64,000 nucleotides of DNA, taken from IMG/VR virus record IMGVR_UViG_3300025392_000003; one strand, given 5' to 3'. Below, in pieces: positions 57,201 to 64,000 of the stretch. Every line of letters begins with the position of its first letter. Position 1 is the stretch's first letter. Source of the stretch: an uncultured virus (IMG/VR IMGVR_UViG_3300025392_000003) (lineage: Duplodnaviria; Heunggongvirae; Uroviricota; Caudoviricetes). The translations under genes and the position numbers were made by a program. Below the pieces are notes generated by a model, which was given only the letters and a program-made list of their open reading frames with translations, had not been told where the DNA came from and made no database searches.

Positions 57201-59688
57201 AGCCTTGGCTACCCGTAGCACCTTGATAACCTTGCGCCCCTTGGCTACCCGTGGAACCTTGGAAACCCTGCGCTCCTTGTGAACCGTTTGTTCCAGTATT
57301 TCCTTGACTACCTTGATAGCCTTGTGCGCCCTGAGAACCTGTCGCACCTTGACTTCCGGTGGAACCTTGGTATCCCTGTGACCCCTGTGCGCCTGTCGTG
57401 CCTTGATTACCTTGGTTGCCTTGGTATCCCTGACTGCCTTGTGACCCGACAGCACCTTGCGCACCAGTCGCACCGATTACACCTTGGTATCCCTGATTAC
57501 CTTGACTGCCTTGACTACCTGTTTGACCTTGCGTGCCTTGGTAGCCCTGATTTCCCTGTGAACCCGTAGCACCGGTGTTCCCCTGATTCCCCTGACTGCC
57601 CTGTGCGCCAGTGGAACCCTGTGAGCCAGTATTTCCTTGACTTCCTTGATAGCCCTGCGAACCTTGAGTTCCGTTAGTTCCTGCTGAACCCTGCGAACCC
57701 TGATACCCCTGTGTTCCCTGTGAGCCGTTCGTTCCAGCCGTTCCTTGATTACCTTGGTATCCTTGCGAACCTTGCTGACCAACAACAGTCGTGTATGTTA
57801 GGCCAGTTCCTGCGGAGTTCACCACTAGGGCTTGGCCCTGCGTTCCGATAGTGTTCAGGCCTGTTCCGCCGTTAGAAGTTGGCAGAGTTCCCGATACCCC
57901 AGTAGTTAGGGAGACATTGGTGATTGTGTTGTTCGCACCAGAAATTGTTTTGTTAGTTAGTGTTGCGGGAATCGTATTGGATACGATTGTGTCGCTTCCC
58001 GTAGTGGAAGCGGGTAGGTAGAAAGTTTGGTTGTTGGAACCACTATTAAAACCCACACTCGCGCTATAGCCGTTTCCAGCGCCATCAACGAAAGTTAGTG
58101 CGTTCCCAGAGGCTCCATTGTTGGTTATAATTCCAGCATTAAAAGTCGCTGATGATGGACCGCCGAAACTTGGTGCATTGGATAATACGACAGCCCCAGT
58201 TCCGGTTTCTTGGTAGGGGGAAGAATACCAAGTGCCGCTCTCGTAGGTGAGTGTCACGGACATACCAGAGGTGACGGTAATAGAGTTGGTGGTGGTGGCG
58301 ATGCCACCCTGAACCAAACTAATTACATCGCTACTTCCACTAGCGCGTTGGATATTTCTATTTCCGCCAGTGGTGTAGTTAGCAACTATGTTTGTCGTTC
58401 CGTTTGCCGGTGCGTTCGGCAACTGGATAGTCATTACATTGCTGCCGGTGAGGATGCTGTATTCGCCAGCCGAGACAGAGATAGTGCCAGAGGCCGTTCT
58501 TAGAGTTGCTGATGGGGCAGTTCCGGCTACGCCCTGATAACCTTGACTTCCCTGCGAACCCGTGCTTCCTTGACTGCCAATTTGACCCTGAAAGCCTTGA
58601 TTGCCCTGAAAGCCTTGGTTTCCCTGTGCGCCTTGACTTCCCTGTGACCCCTGATAGCCCTGTGGTCCTTGTGGGCCGGTATCACCTTTAGGGCCGGTGC
58701 TTCCTGTCGTTCCCTGCGACCCGGTGCTACCTTGACTTCCCTGAAATCCTTGCGAACCCTGATATCCCTGCTGACCGACAACGGTTGTGTAGGTGAGCGC
58801 CGTTCCCGCGTTATTTACAACGAGTGCTTGGCCTGCTGTTCCGATAGAACTAAGACCAGTTCCACCACTAGAAGTCGGCACGATACCAGTAAGGGCAAAG
58901 GTAAGTGTTCCGTGTCCATACGAAACGCTGATTGGGTCTGAACCTTGCATTGACTGGATAACCGATACCCAGTTGCCTGCTGAACCTGTGGCCTCAACGA
59001 CTCCGAGCCAATATGCGTTTGGGGCTAGGAAGATAGGTGAGCCAGCCGTGCCTAAGTCAATAGTCTGCGTGGAAAGGTTTGGATAAACAGCAAGAGAATA
59101 CGAAGAGTTGTTGTTGTCAATATAGATAAATTGACCGGTCGCAGCGATAGGTGGAAGCGTGACCGATTGACCCGAAGCGGTGGGATTTACTTGGTTGTAT
59201 TGACCAGTAAGAGTGGGGTTTGAGGTCGGGGTGACTGATGAGTAGTTGTAGGCCTGACTCGTTCCGCCGTTCGGGAAAAGGGTAGAGATAACGCTAGTGA
59301 TAGCCGAGAAGTCTGTGCCACCTATGAATGGGAAGCAGTTGTTGATGCCGCCGTTTGGGGCGTGTGCTGAAATAGGAGTGCCATCCCAGCCACGACCGTT
59401 GAGCGTTCCGTCTGTCCAAATCGTGACTACGCCAGTTGAGGGGTTGACCGCCGAGCAGAGAATGTGCTCTTCGGTGGATAATCCAAAGTCCACGACGACC
59501 GTAAAAACGCCGCTAGTTCCCAAAGGATTGCTAGTGTCTTGGCCGTTCGTGCCTACTTCTAGCCAACTAGTTGCTGAAAAGAGCGTAAAAGTTGTTTCTG
59601 CGTAGGAACTAGAGAGGCTCGTGGTTATGTATGTAGGCTTTGCCGAACCGGGAACCGAGCGTTTGGATGTCGCAGAGGGGTAGGCCAT
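51262..59688 (-). CDS. 2808-aa collagen-like (Gly-X-Gln) fibre protein
   Basis: Six tracts of [18 protein letters not shown] triplets interrupted by globular modules, some duplicated. Confidence 0.85.
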   Translation of the reverse strand: MAYPSATSKRSVPGSAKPTYITTSLSSSYAETTFTLFSATSWLEVGTNGQDTSNPLGTSGVFTVVVDFGLSTEEHILCSAVNPSTGVVTIWTDGTLNGRGWDGTPISAHAPNGGINNCFPFIGGTDFSAITSVISTLFPNGGTSQAYNYSSVTPTSNPTLTGQYNQVNPTASGQSVTLPPIAATGQFIYIDNNNSSYSLAVYPNLSTQTIDLGTAGSPIFLAPNAYWLGVVEATGSAGNWVSVIQSMQGSDPISVSYGHGTLTFALTGIVPTSSGGTGLSSIGTAGQALVVNNAGTALTYTTVVGQQGYQGSQGFQGSQGSTGSQGTTGSTGPKGDTGPQGPQGYQGSQGSQGAQGNQGFQGNQGFQGQIGSQGSTGSQGSQGYQGVAGTAPSATLRTASGTISVSAGEYSILTGSNVMTIQLPNAPANGTTNIVANYTTGGNRNIQRASGSSDVISLVQGGIATTTNSITVTSGMSVTLTYESGTWYSSPYQETGTGAVVLSNAPSFGGPSSATFNAGIITNNGASGNALTFVDGAGNGYSASVGFNSGSNNQTFYLPASTTGSDTIVSNTIPATLTNKTISGANNTITNVSLTTGVSGTLPTSNGGTGLNTIGTQGQALVVNSAGTGLTYTTVVGQQGSQGYQGNQGTAGTNGSQGTQGYQGSQGSAGTNGTQGSQGYQGSQGNTGSQGSTGAQGSQGNQGNTGATGSQGNQGYQGTQGQTGSQGSQGNQGYQGVIGATGAQGAVGSQGSQGYQGNQGNQGTTGAQGSQGYQGSTGSQGATGSQGAQGYQGSQGNTGTNGSQGAQGFQGSTGSQGAQGYQGATGSQGSTGAQGSTGATGSQGSQGSQGFQGNQGTQGSTGSQGTQGSTGSQGTQGNQGFQGSTGSQGSQGFQGNTGSQGSQGSQGTQGFQGTQGVQGSTGAQGSTGAQGSQGSQGYQGATGSQGATGAQGFQGNQGFQGVQGAQGTQGSQGATGAQGTQGYQGSGYAGVTSTSSVTIGTGALTWAVSNTQAFSVGTRVRVANSASNWVEGTITSANTSITVSVDTTSGSGTFTSWTFGVAGVVGPQGNQGVQGTQGTQGLTGSQGAIGATGSQGFQGATGAQGSTGAQGSTGSQGSQGFQGATGSQGSTGSQGATGSQGAQGYQGNQGTQGATSTANAHPAVKVVYTNNLPATYAAGSADAENGTGVGATITATANGALGAIDGVSLSVGDRILFTGRTNNIENGIYTVTSLGSPTSKYSFTRATDYDNHIALQVISGDYSFITNGTLYGNTTWVQYGNGSNPDASIRIGTDAITFTETAGIGAQGYQGVQGAGGVVAPYISAYDTTTQTASSTTTAYVVGINTTSGNYGISIVSGNQVTFSYAGTYNIQYSIQFTNSDSNSDNVDVWLRKNGSDVAETNSIYNVPGTSHGGSGALIAAINYLVNVNAGDYVQLAWAVSSTTIAITTTAAQTSPTVPATPGVIFTAQQITYQGLQGYQGFQGSQGTQGTQGFQGVLGSQGYQGNQGFQGVAGTQGNQGYQGATGSQGSTGSQGYQGTQGQTGSQGSIGSQGSQGYQGQTGSQGSQGSTGAQGSQGYQGTQGSIGATGSQGSTGATGSQGATGSQGPQGFQGQTGSQGNTGAQGSTGSQGNQGVQGTTGSQGNQGFQGATGSQGSTGAQGSQGYQGVQGSTGAQGSQGFQGTTGSQGYQGNQGNQGTTGSTGATGSQGSTGATGAQGSTGAQGAQGNQGNQGSTGSQGSQGFQGTQGSTGSQGSTGSQGAQGYQGNQGTTGSQGNQGFQGNQGTQGTTGSQGNQGNQGFQGTGYSGVTSSTSTTIGTGSLTFSVAATQAFAVGLRVRVANSATNWLEGNITALTPNSSITVLVDTTSGTGTFTSWTFGIAGVVGPQGFQGNQGTQGTQGNQGNQGSTGSQGSQGYQGTTGSQGSQGFQGNQGATGSQGSQGFQGSQGNQGTMGATGSQGNQGFQGTTGSQGTQGNQGATGSTGSQGAQGYQGNQGTQGTQGTQGNQGSQGTQGTTGSQGVQGYQGSQGTQGTQGGLLTASQYVTVGALAANQTITQGSDQTIQFTATADPQGWWNGSPNYRFQPTIPGYYLIDVSIEWQTGTAGQTGQNNIQLHTVGGGTFLIIGSTIDSNNQRTVNGSKAIYLNGSTDYVYFTAYTSNTTSQQLVGSGAYQNSMFTATLLTTGNGAQGSQGNQGAQGNQGSQGFQGNQGNQGAQSAVQGPQGYQGYQGVSGAQNALPLTGGTLTGELFVPNIDVTNTPSNTTSTNVGVIQNGSALGYSDVNIMESIASTVNNYNQVIIQNLSNGTQASANFNISNDQGSNNSNYGEIGINSSGFQGTGAFGKAGMVYLASGSTELAVGTYGPQAIHFVVNNGATDAMTISSSGNTTIYGTLAMNSQKITSLANGTASTDAAAFGQIPTSLPPNGSAGGDLTGTYPNPTLASIVTGSTVGSSTQIPVITYDAKGRITGTSTATPSGVSATQRTGSATANAGEYTIFTGSSTGTISLPSSPANGTINTVANYASVNITVSRSSTNTLTLEQGYYNITTGQATITLYGGYTATFVYESGVWYYNQYGTTGTGTQVLANAPTFSGSVNFGGGLIAQNGGPNVPLTILDSNNSGQNAYLNFNGGSNNQTFLFPSSTTTSDTLVTNTIVATLSNKTLTNPILTSPFETVSINTSTALSGTNTATLSASTALPYFYTTNPTATYTVALTNAPTVVGQSATYVLMVINGATAYLPKNITINGTQAGASTTVLPAQGATNNSITTYYAGGTAWATADASTLDIYTFTVISTGSSAWTMLLSLVKY
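52995..58775 (-). repeat. 9-bp-period coding repeats (Gly-X-Gln tracts)
   Basis: Plus-strand CCTTG/CCCTG periodicity at approx. 52995-53135, 53580-54035, 54280-55270, 56225-56490, 56730-57780, 58527-58775. Confidence 0.85.
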
Positions 59689-59725
59689 AGCGACATTCTA
59701 CGCCCAGATTTGGAAAATCTAGGGG

Positions 59726-60196
59726 TTAGAAACCGTAGCGAGCCTTAAGGCTATCTGTGCCTTGCGCCCTATCGATAATCAGCAAACCGTTGAGATGGTC
59801 AACTTCGTGCTGGAAGATTCGAGCCAGCAAACCAGTCGCCTCAATCTCTATGTCGTTTCCGTTTAAGTCCAAACCCGTGAGGTGGCAACTTATGGCGCGC
59901 TCTACGTGGGAACGATTGTTGGGAACGGATAGACAGCCCTCTAGACCCAAAGCCATTTCAGCACCGAGGGATAGTTTGGGATTTACGACCACCGAGTAGT
60001 TCCCCGATAGTTCCTCGTCATAGACAAAGACACGCTTCGTGATACCAATCTGGTTGGCCGCCAGACCTACGCCGTTATTGGCATACATCACCTCGGCCAT
60101 AGTTTGAGCAAGCAGGGCAATACCCTTGTCAATGTCCGTGACTTCTCTAGCCTCTAGAGCAAGAACGGCATCTGGGTAGTGTCTTAGGCTAAACAT
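59726..60196 (-). CDS. def: Peptide deformylase
   Basis: All three PDF motifs: GVGLAANQIG, EGCLS, QHEVDHLNG; start 60196 or 60214. Confidence 0.93.
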   Translation of the reverse strand: MFSLRHYPDAVLALEAREVTDIDKGIALLAQTMAEVMYANNGVGLAANQIGITKRVFVYDEELSGNYSVVVNPKLSLGAEMALGLEGCLSVPNNRSHVERAISCHLTGLDLNGNDIEIEATGLLARIFQHEVDHLNGLLIIDRAQGTDSLKARYGF

Positions 60197-60197
60197 T

Positions 60198-60335
60198 TCA
60201 GCACTCGCAATCATCGCAGTCGCAGCCCTTTACGACATAACTCTCGGAGTCATCTAGCGTGGTAGCCACATTCTTGACCTTGCCATAAACCGATACGAGT
60301 CGGGGCGTGAGTTCCTTAAAACTAGGGTGATTCAT
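60198..60335 (-). CDS. 45-aa ORF with Cys-rich tail (below ORF-track cutoff)
   Basis: MNHPSFKELTPRLVSVYGKVKNVATTLDDSESYVVKGCDCDDCEC*; fills the gap between DUF1003 and def. Confidence 0.5.
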   Translation of the reverse strand: MNHPSFKELTPRLVSVYGKVKNVATTLDDSESYVVKGCDCDDCEC

Positions 60336-60342
60336 AACGCTT

Positions 60343-60861
60343 CTAAGCCTCTGGTTTTGGGTCATCTGTAGCCTTTGCTCTATTTAGTAGAGAGTGTAGT
60401 TCAGCCACGACTTCGTGAATGGCTTTTGTAGCCTCTGTATTTGCCTTGAGTTCTTTTTCCAAACGCCGAATAATCTCGCTGCTTGTTTTGGAAATAGTGA
60501 GGTGAGAAAGGGCTTGCTCGGCGGCTACGGCATCTGCTCGTTTGGCCGCAATCAGCAGGATTGCCCCTTGTAAGCCCGCCAACATAGAAAGGAATAGGTT
60601 GAGCAGGATAAACGGATAGGGGTCAAATCCCTTGTTGTTGAGCCAGAAGATATTGACTCCGGCCCATATCAGCATAAAGATAACGAATAGGGTCACAAAG
60701 CCCCACGAACCCATCTTGTTTCTAACGGCATCAGCGGCCTTTTCGCCACGAGTTAGTTCCGAGCCTGTGCGAACGCCGGGTAGCGGTGTCCAAGGGTTAT
60801 TGGGGTCGAACCACGCTTCGCTCTCCACGCCGTCTGTCCAATCGATTTCTATCTCGTTCAT
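60343..60861 (-). CDS. DUF1003 membrane protein
   Basis: AD....MGSW.F...FDPYPFILLNLFLSMLAGLQGAILL; start at ATGA overlap 60861. Confidence 0.85.
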   Translation of the reverse strand: MNEIEIDWTDGVESEAWFDPNNPWTPLPGVRTGSELTRGEKAADAVRNKMGSWGFVTLFVIFMLIWAGVNIFWLNNKGFDPYPFILLNLFLSMLAGLQGAILLIAAKRADAVAAEQALSHLTISKTSSEIIRRLEKELKANTEATKAIHEVVAELHSLLNRAKATDDPKPEA

Positions 60862-61241
60862 TTCAGCACCTCGGCACGAGTGACAATCTGAACTCCGTTG
60901 AGTTCCTCTAGGGAGATAGGGCGATGCTTGTGATACTGAAAGATTTTCTTTCCAGTCGCCACAGCCGTAGCAACCTCTACTTTCGCACCTTCCGAGCGAG
61001 CCCAACCGGGCAATACAACGATTCCATCAGAATCAAGGATGGTGGAAAGAAAGACTCGCATCTTGTCCTGAACCCACTCTTTCGTCACGGGTGTCGTTGG
61101 CTCGTAGCCATCTAATAAGGCGTGTTCAGCAGGGCAGAAGATTTCGTGACCCTCTTTGCGGATACGCTCGCGCGCCTCGGCAAAAGCAGGGTAGTTGTGT
61201 TCGGGAAGACCCGTCATTGGGCCAGCAAGGTAGAACTTCAT
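60858..61241 (-). CDS. DUF4406 / nucleoside 2-deoxyribosyltransferase-like protein
   Basis: YLAGPMTGLPEHNYPAF, D.IVVLPGW..SEGA..E. Confidence 0.8.
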   Translation of the reverse strand: MKFYLAGPMTGLPEHNYPAFAEARERIRKEGHEIFCPAEHALLDGYEPTTPVTKEWVQDKMRVFLSTILDSDGIVVLPGWARSEGAKVEVATAVATGKKIFQYHKHRPISLEELNGVQIVTRAEVLK

Positions 61242-62482
61242 CAGATAATCAGCAAGTCGCCCCAGCCACGCTTGCCATAAGCGTCGCCAACACAGAAAGT
61301 CAACATACCGGCAGGAGAGCCCTTACCGCTTGTATCCGTAAACCACTTAGAGCCACCGTCTTGAGCAGGGCATTGGAAGCAAGTGCGACCTGTTCCCTCT
61401 GATGCTATGTAGTGGTGGAAGTGGCCGCTGACATAGATATCCGATTCAGCAGCCTTTGTGCGGCCTCTAATCTGCCCCAGAATCCACGACTCAATCTTGG
61501 CGATAGTTCCGCCACCCGAACCCTTACCGAACTGGTGTCCGTGAGCCAGAGTGACCAACTTGCCACACACATTGAGGGTCATAGTCAGGTCTTCTTCAAT
61601 CAAACCCTCGAATTGTGGGAACGATACATTTCCAAAACGACTTGGGTTTGCGGCACAGATTTCAGCGACGCCCTCGAAGACGGCCAAATCCATATTATCT
61701 GTCCAAGTTGTATAAGCCTTCCCATTGAGCCTATTCTCTCCGTGGTTTCCCGGCACGGCGGCAACAACGAGAGGAATCTCTGGGAAGTTCTCAACACAGA
61801 GTTCCACGAAACGAAGAATCAAACGCCGAGCAACTTTCTGCTGTTCGCGCGAATCTAAATCAACGGAGAAAGTCTGCATCGCATAGTGGTTCGAGCAATT
61901 TTCTACTAAATCTCCCATTCCGCAGCAATAGATAACGGATGGCGCACGACCGATGGTGATTAGTTCACGAATACGCTCGATAGATTCATCTTGAGAAGTG
62001 ATGATACGAGCGGCCGTTGCTTCACTACCGCCCCCTTCCGATTTTCCTATCTGCCAGTCAGAAAAAAACGCCATAAAAGCGCGCGCATCTTTGGTCGCCT
62101 TTTTCTTCGGCTTCTTGACAGCGGGGCGTTTCATAATCTCTTTACAGAGAGCCTCAATATCGGCTCTGTCGCCCTTTTCACCACGACGCCTAATCTGTGC
62201 TCGGTAGTAGCGCATCTTGGCGATTTCGCCGTTGCCTACATTGGTATCCCACGCTCTAATGTGGACCGAACCATCAACGATTTCGGTTAGGTTTGGGTCT
62301 AAGCCCCAATCCTCAATCACCATATCCCAAAGTGCTTGGTCGGGTTCTGCTTCGGTTGGTGGGCTATCTATGTAGCCTTTCTCGCCATCCCAACGAATCT
62401 CTCGCTCATAACCTTTTGCTACAGAAGCACGGCGAGCGGCCTCACGCCTTTCGGCTTCCTTTTCAGCAGACTCAAACGACAT
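61241..62482 (-). CDS. Calcineurin-like metallophosphoesterase (Mre11-like phage family)
   Basis: SDWQIGK, MGDLVE, PGNHGE, AHGHQ, SGHFHH. Confidence 0.85.
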   Translation of the reverse strand: MSFESAEKEAERREAARRASVAKGYEREIRWDGEKGYIDSPPTEAEPDQALWDMVIEDWGLDPNLTEIVDGSVHIRAWDTNVGNGEIAKMRYYRAQIRRRGEKGDRADIEALCKEIMKRPAVKKPKKKATKDARAFMAFFSDWQIGKSEGGGSEATAARIITSQDESIERIRELITIGRAPSVIYCCGMGDLVENCSNHYAMQTFSVDLDSREQQKVARRLILRFVELCVENFPEIPLVVAAVPGNHGENRLNGKAYTTWTDNMDLAVFEGVAEICAANPSRFGNVSFPQFEGLIEEDLTMTLNVCGKLVTLAHGHQFGKGSGGGTIAKIESWILGQIRGRTKAAESDIYVSGHFHHYIASEGTGRTCFQCPAQDGGSKWFTDTSGKGSPAGMLTFCVGDAYGKRGWGDLLII

Positions 62483-62723
62483 AAAGCCCCTTGAACTCTG
62501 TTCCTGCTGGGCAGTGGCATTGACCCTTTAGGTGGCTACCTAGAGTCTTGTCGTTGGTGCGCTTGCCATCAGCAGTCGCAACACGAGCAATCCAACCAAC
62601 GGGCTTGCGTTCCTCAAACCATTTTGCAATAGTTTCTTTATCGGATTTGTCTAGTGAATCAATAAAATCCACAAAACGACAGGTGCGCTCCGACAGACGC
62701 TTCTCTGCTTCTTTGAGTGACAT
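62472..62723 (-). CDS. Small hypothetical protein coupled to the phosphoesterase
   Basis: C.....LD..D...H.KGQC.C; leaderless TACCAT promoter. Confidence 0.6.
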   Translation of the reverse strand: MSLKEAEKRLSERTCRFVDFIDSLDKSDKETIAKWFEERKPVGWIARVATADGKRTNDKTLGSHLKGQCHCPAGTEFKGLYVV

Positions 62724-62758
62724 AGAGAAATGGTATCACCACTTCTCGTAAAAAAGAA

Positions 62759-63178
62759 CTACTTTTCGCTCGTTTTTTTGGGCGCGATTTTGGTCGGAGA
62801 AGTCTTCTTCTTGGCCGTAGTGGACTTCTTGGCTGGGCCAGACTTCTTCACGGGCGTAGTCTTTTCAGCAGCCTCTAGAGTCTTGCCTTGAGCCTTTTTT
62901 ACTATCGGCTTAGGAGAAATAGCCTCAACGACATCGTGGACAATCTCTTCCGTCTTCTCAACTACTGCCTTAGCGATTTCAGCGGCCTCTCGCTCGGCTA
63001 GTGCCGCATAGTGGGCTACGACTCTAGGCTCTAGTTTCTCAACCCAGCCACGAGCCTCTACATAAATCTTGCCTTGCCAAGTCCAGTCGTCTGAAGAAAC
63101 GAGTTGACCGCGCTCAAGCGTGACCCCATCCAATGGAAAGCCACGAATAACTCTGTGTGTGTATCGCTTAGATGCCAT
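62759..63178 (-). CDS. Hypothetical protein with Lys/Thr/Pro-rich tail
   Basis: KKSGPAKKSTTAKKKTSP; leaderless TATCAT promoter. Confidence 0.6.
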   Translation of the reverse strand: MASKRYTHRVIRGFPLDGVTLERGQLVSSDDWTWQGKIYVEARGWVEKLEPRVVAHYAALAEREAAEIAKAVVEKTEEIVHDVVEAISPKPIVKKAQGKTLEAAEKTTPVKKSGPAKKSTTAKKKTSPTKIAPKKTSEK

Positions 63179-63242
63179 AAAGAGATGATACCACCCTATT
63201 TGTAGCCTTGTATAGCCAGTTTGGAAAAATCACCGTAGAAAG

Positions 63243-63275
63243 CAAAAACCCCCCACCTTTCGGTGAGGGGCTCTC
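63243..63275 (-). terminator. Rho-independent terminator after major capsid gene
   Basis: GCCCCTCACC-GAAA-GGTGGGGGGT followed by TTTTG. Confidence 0.8.
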
Positions 63276-63294
63276 GCTATGGAACTGCTGGAAC

Positions 63295-63999
63295 TTAGAT
63301 AATGCTGTTCCAGAAGTAGCCGAGGTCGGCAGCAACAACCTTGTTGTCGAAAGCGAGTTCGCCCTCAACACGGTCGGCCTTCAACTCTTCCATACGGAAG
63401 CGTGAAACACCAACGGTCGTTCCGAGGCCACCCGAAACACCAGTCCACATAAAGGTATAGCCAGCCGAAGGGGTCAGCAAACCGGGGTTAGGTGCGGAGT
63501 AGCACAGAAGAGCCGAGTTGCCGGTCACGAACGAGAATGAGTCGTTGGTGGGGCTGTTCGAGCCTTCTGGGCCTGCGTTTACGACTGCCTTAGCGACAAG
63601 AACACGGTCCACGCCAAACAGTTGCGCGAGCAACTCTTCGGTGACAATAGCACCGGCTTGGGTGTACTTGTAGCGGTCAATCAAGAGAGGGTGGTTCTTA
63701 AGAGTCTGGAATACCTTGTAGCCAAGAACGAAAGTGTTTGGCTCGTATCCGGTCGTCTGCAGAACTGACGCCTTAGCGTTCTCAACCTGCGCGATTGGGT
63801 CAGAGGTGTATGAAGTTGGGTTGTTCACGTAGTCGGACCAAACGGTTCCTGCAACAGCAGTAGCGGTGGTTCCGGTCACGGTCACTGACCAAACGCCGGC
63901 GGCGAAGTAGTCCGAAGCCCACTGAACTTCCTTACGGAGCAGCAAACGCTGGGTCACGAACTGAGTCGCCTCCATATCGGGGTTCAAGGGGTTGTCGGC
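63295..63999 (-). CDS. Major capsid protein, C-terminal part (lambda gpE-like family; 5' end outside window)
   Basis: WSDY...SDPI, PNT.VLG..V...LKNHP..IDR.KY, LAQLFGV, PSAGYTF.W; frame open to window edge; followed by terminator. Confidence 0.85.
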   Translation of the reverse strand, partial: ADNPLNPDMEATQFVTQRLLLRKEVQWASDYFAAGVWSVTVTGTTATAVAGTVWSDYVNNPTSYTSDPIAQVENAKASVLQTTGYEPNTFVLGYKVFQTLKNHPLLIDRYKYTQAGAIVTEELLAQLFGVDRVLVAKAVVNAGPEGSNSPTNDSFSFVTGNSALLCYSAPNPGLLTPSAGYTFMWTGVSGGLGTTVGVSRFRMEELKADRVEGELAFDNKVVAADLGYFWNSII

Positions 64000-64000
64000 G

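Noticed and set aside
52984..58781. Long alternative-frame and antisense ORFs (e.g. 53190..54056, 54213..55157, 56697..57473)
   Set aside because: Shadows of the stop-poor 9-bp collagen repeat; low-complexity R/K/V/E translations with no evident RBS
1413..63405. Most plus-strand ORFs in the track outside 16413..17672 and 22417..24595
   Set aside because: They lie antisense to well-supported minus-strand genes and show no recognisable motifs
1..64000. tRNA/rRNA genes, integrase/att sites, IS elements, introns/inteins, stop-codon reassignment
   Set aside because: None recognised by eye; long genes are intact under code 11, with TAG, TAA and TGA all used as stops; a tRNAscan/Infernal run would be needed to exclude small RNAs

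Overview
The whole window is a segment of a large tailed (siphovirus-like) phage genome, almost all on the minus strand. An actinobacterial host is inferred from leaderless TAnnnT promoters, a GGGAAAA tail-chaperone slip site, and DUF2516-like and DUF5047-like genes. In transcription order (64000 to 1): end of the major capsid gene; accessory genes (metallophosphoesterase, DUF4406, DUF1003, peptide deformylase); a 2808-aa Gly-X-Gln collagen-like fibre followed by a Gly-rich protein and a glycosyl-/methyltransferase; head-tail connectors; two paralogous tail-tube genes; frameshifted tail chaperones; tape measure; very large minor tail proteins; holin-like genes; a short plus-strand island with a Gam-like gene; a replication block (AAA ATPase, initiator with iterons, helicase loader); then a long accessory region ending at a probable terminase small subunit. 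The best candidate for an undescribed system is a 14-aa motif, [VI]xK-G[DE]xxGHxF[HRY]GNQ[YWH], present 11 times in 7 dispersed ORFs. It is attached to unrelated cargo domains and divides a 1110-aa polyprotein into papain-like, ART-like, GNAT-like and R-S-E ADP-ribosyltransferase modules. Five carriers also share a ~21-aa N-terminal leader ending in [VI]xK. This suggests a capsid-targeting/protease-release system for injected effectors (inference). Separately, the octamers TGCTGAAA (~66 copies by eye) and TTTGGAAA (~40) are strongly over-represented on both strands, and they recur 8 nt upstream of -10 boxes. All family assignments come from motif recognition by eye, not database searches, and all counts are manual.
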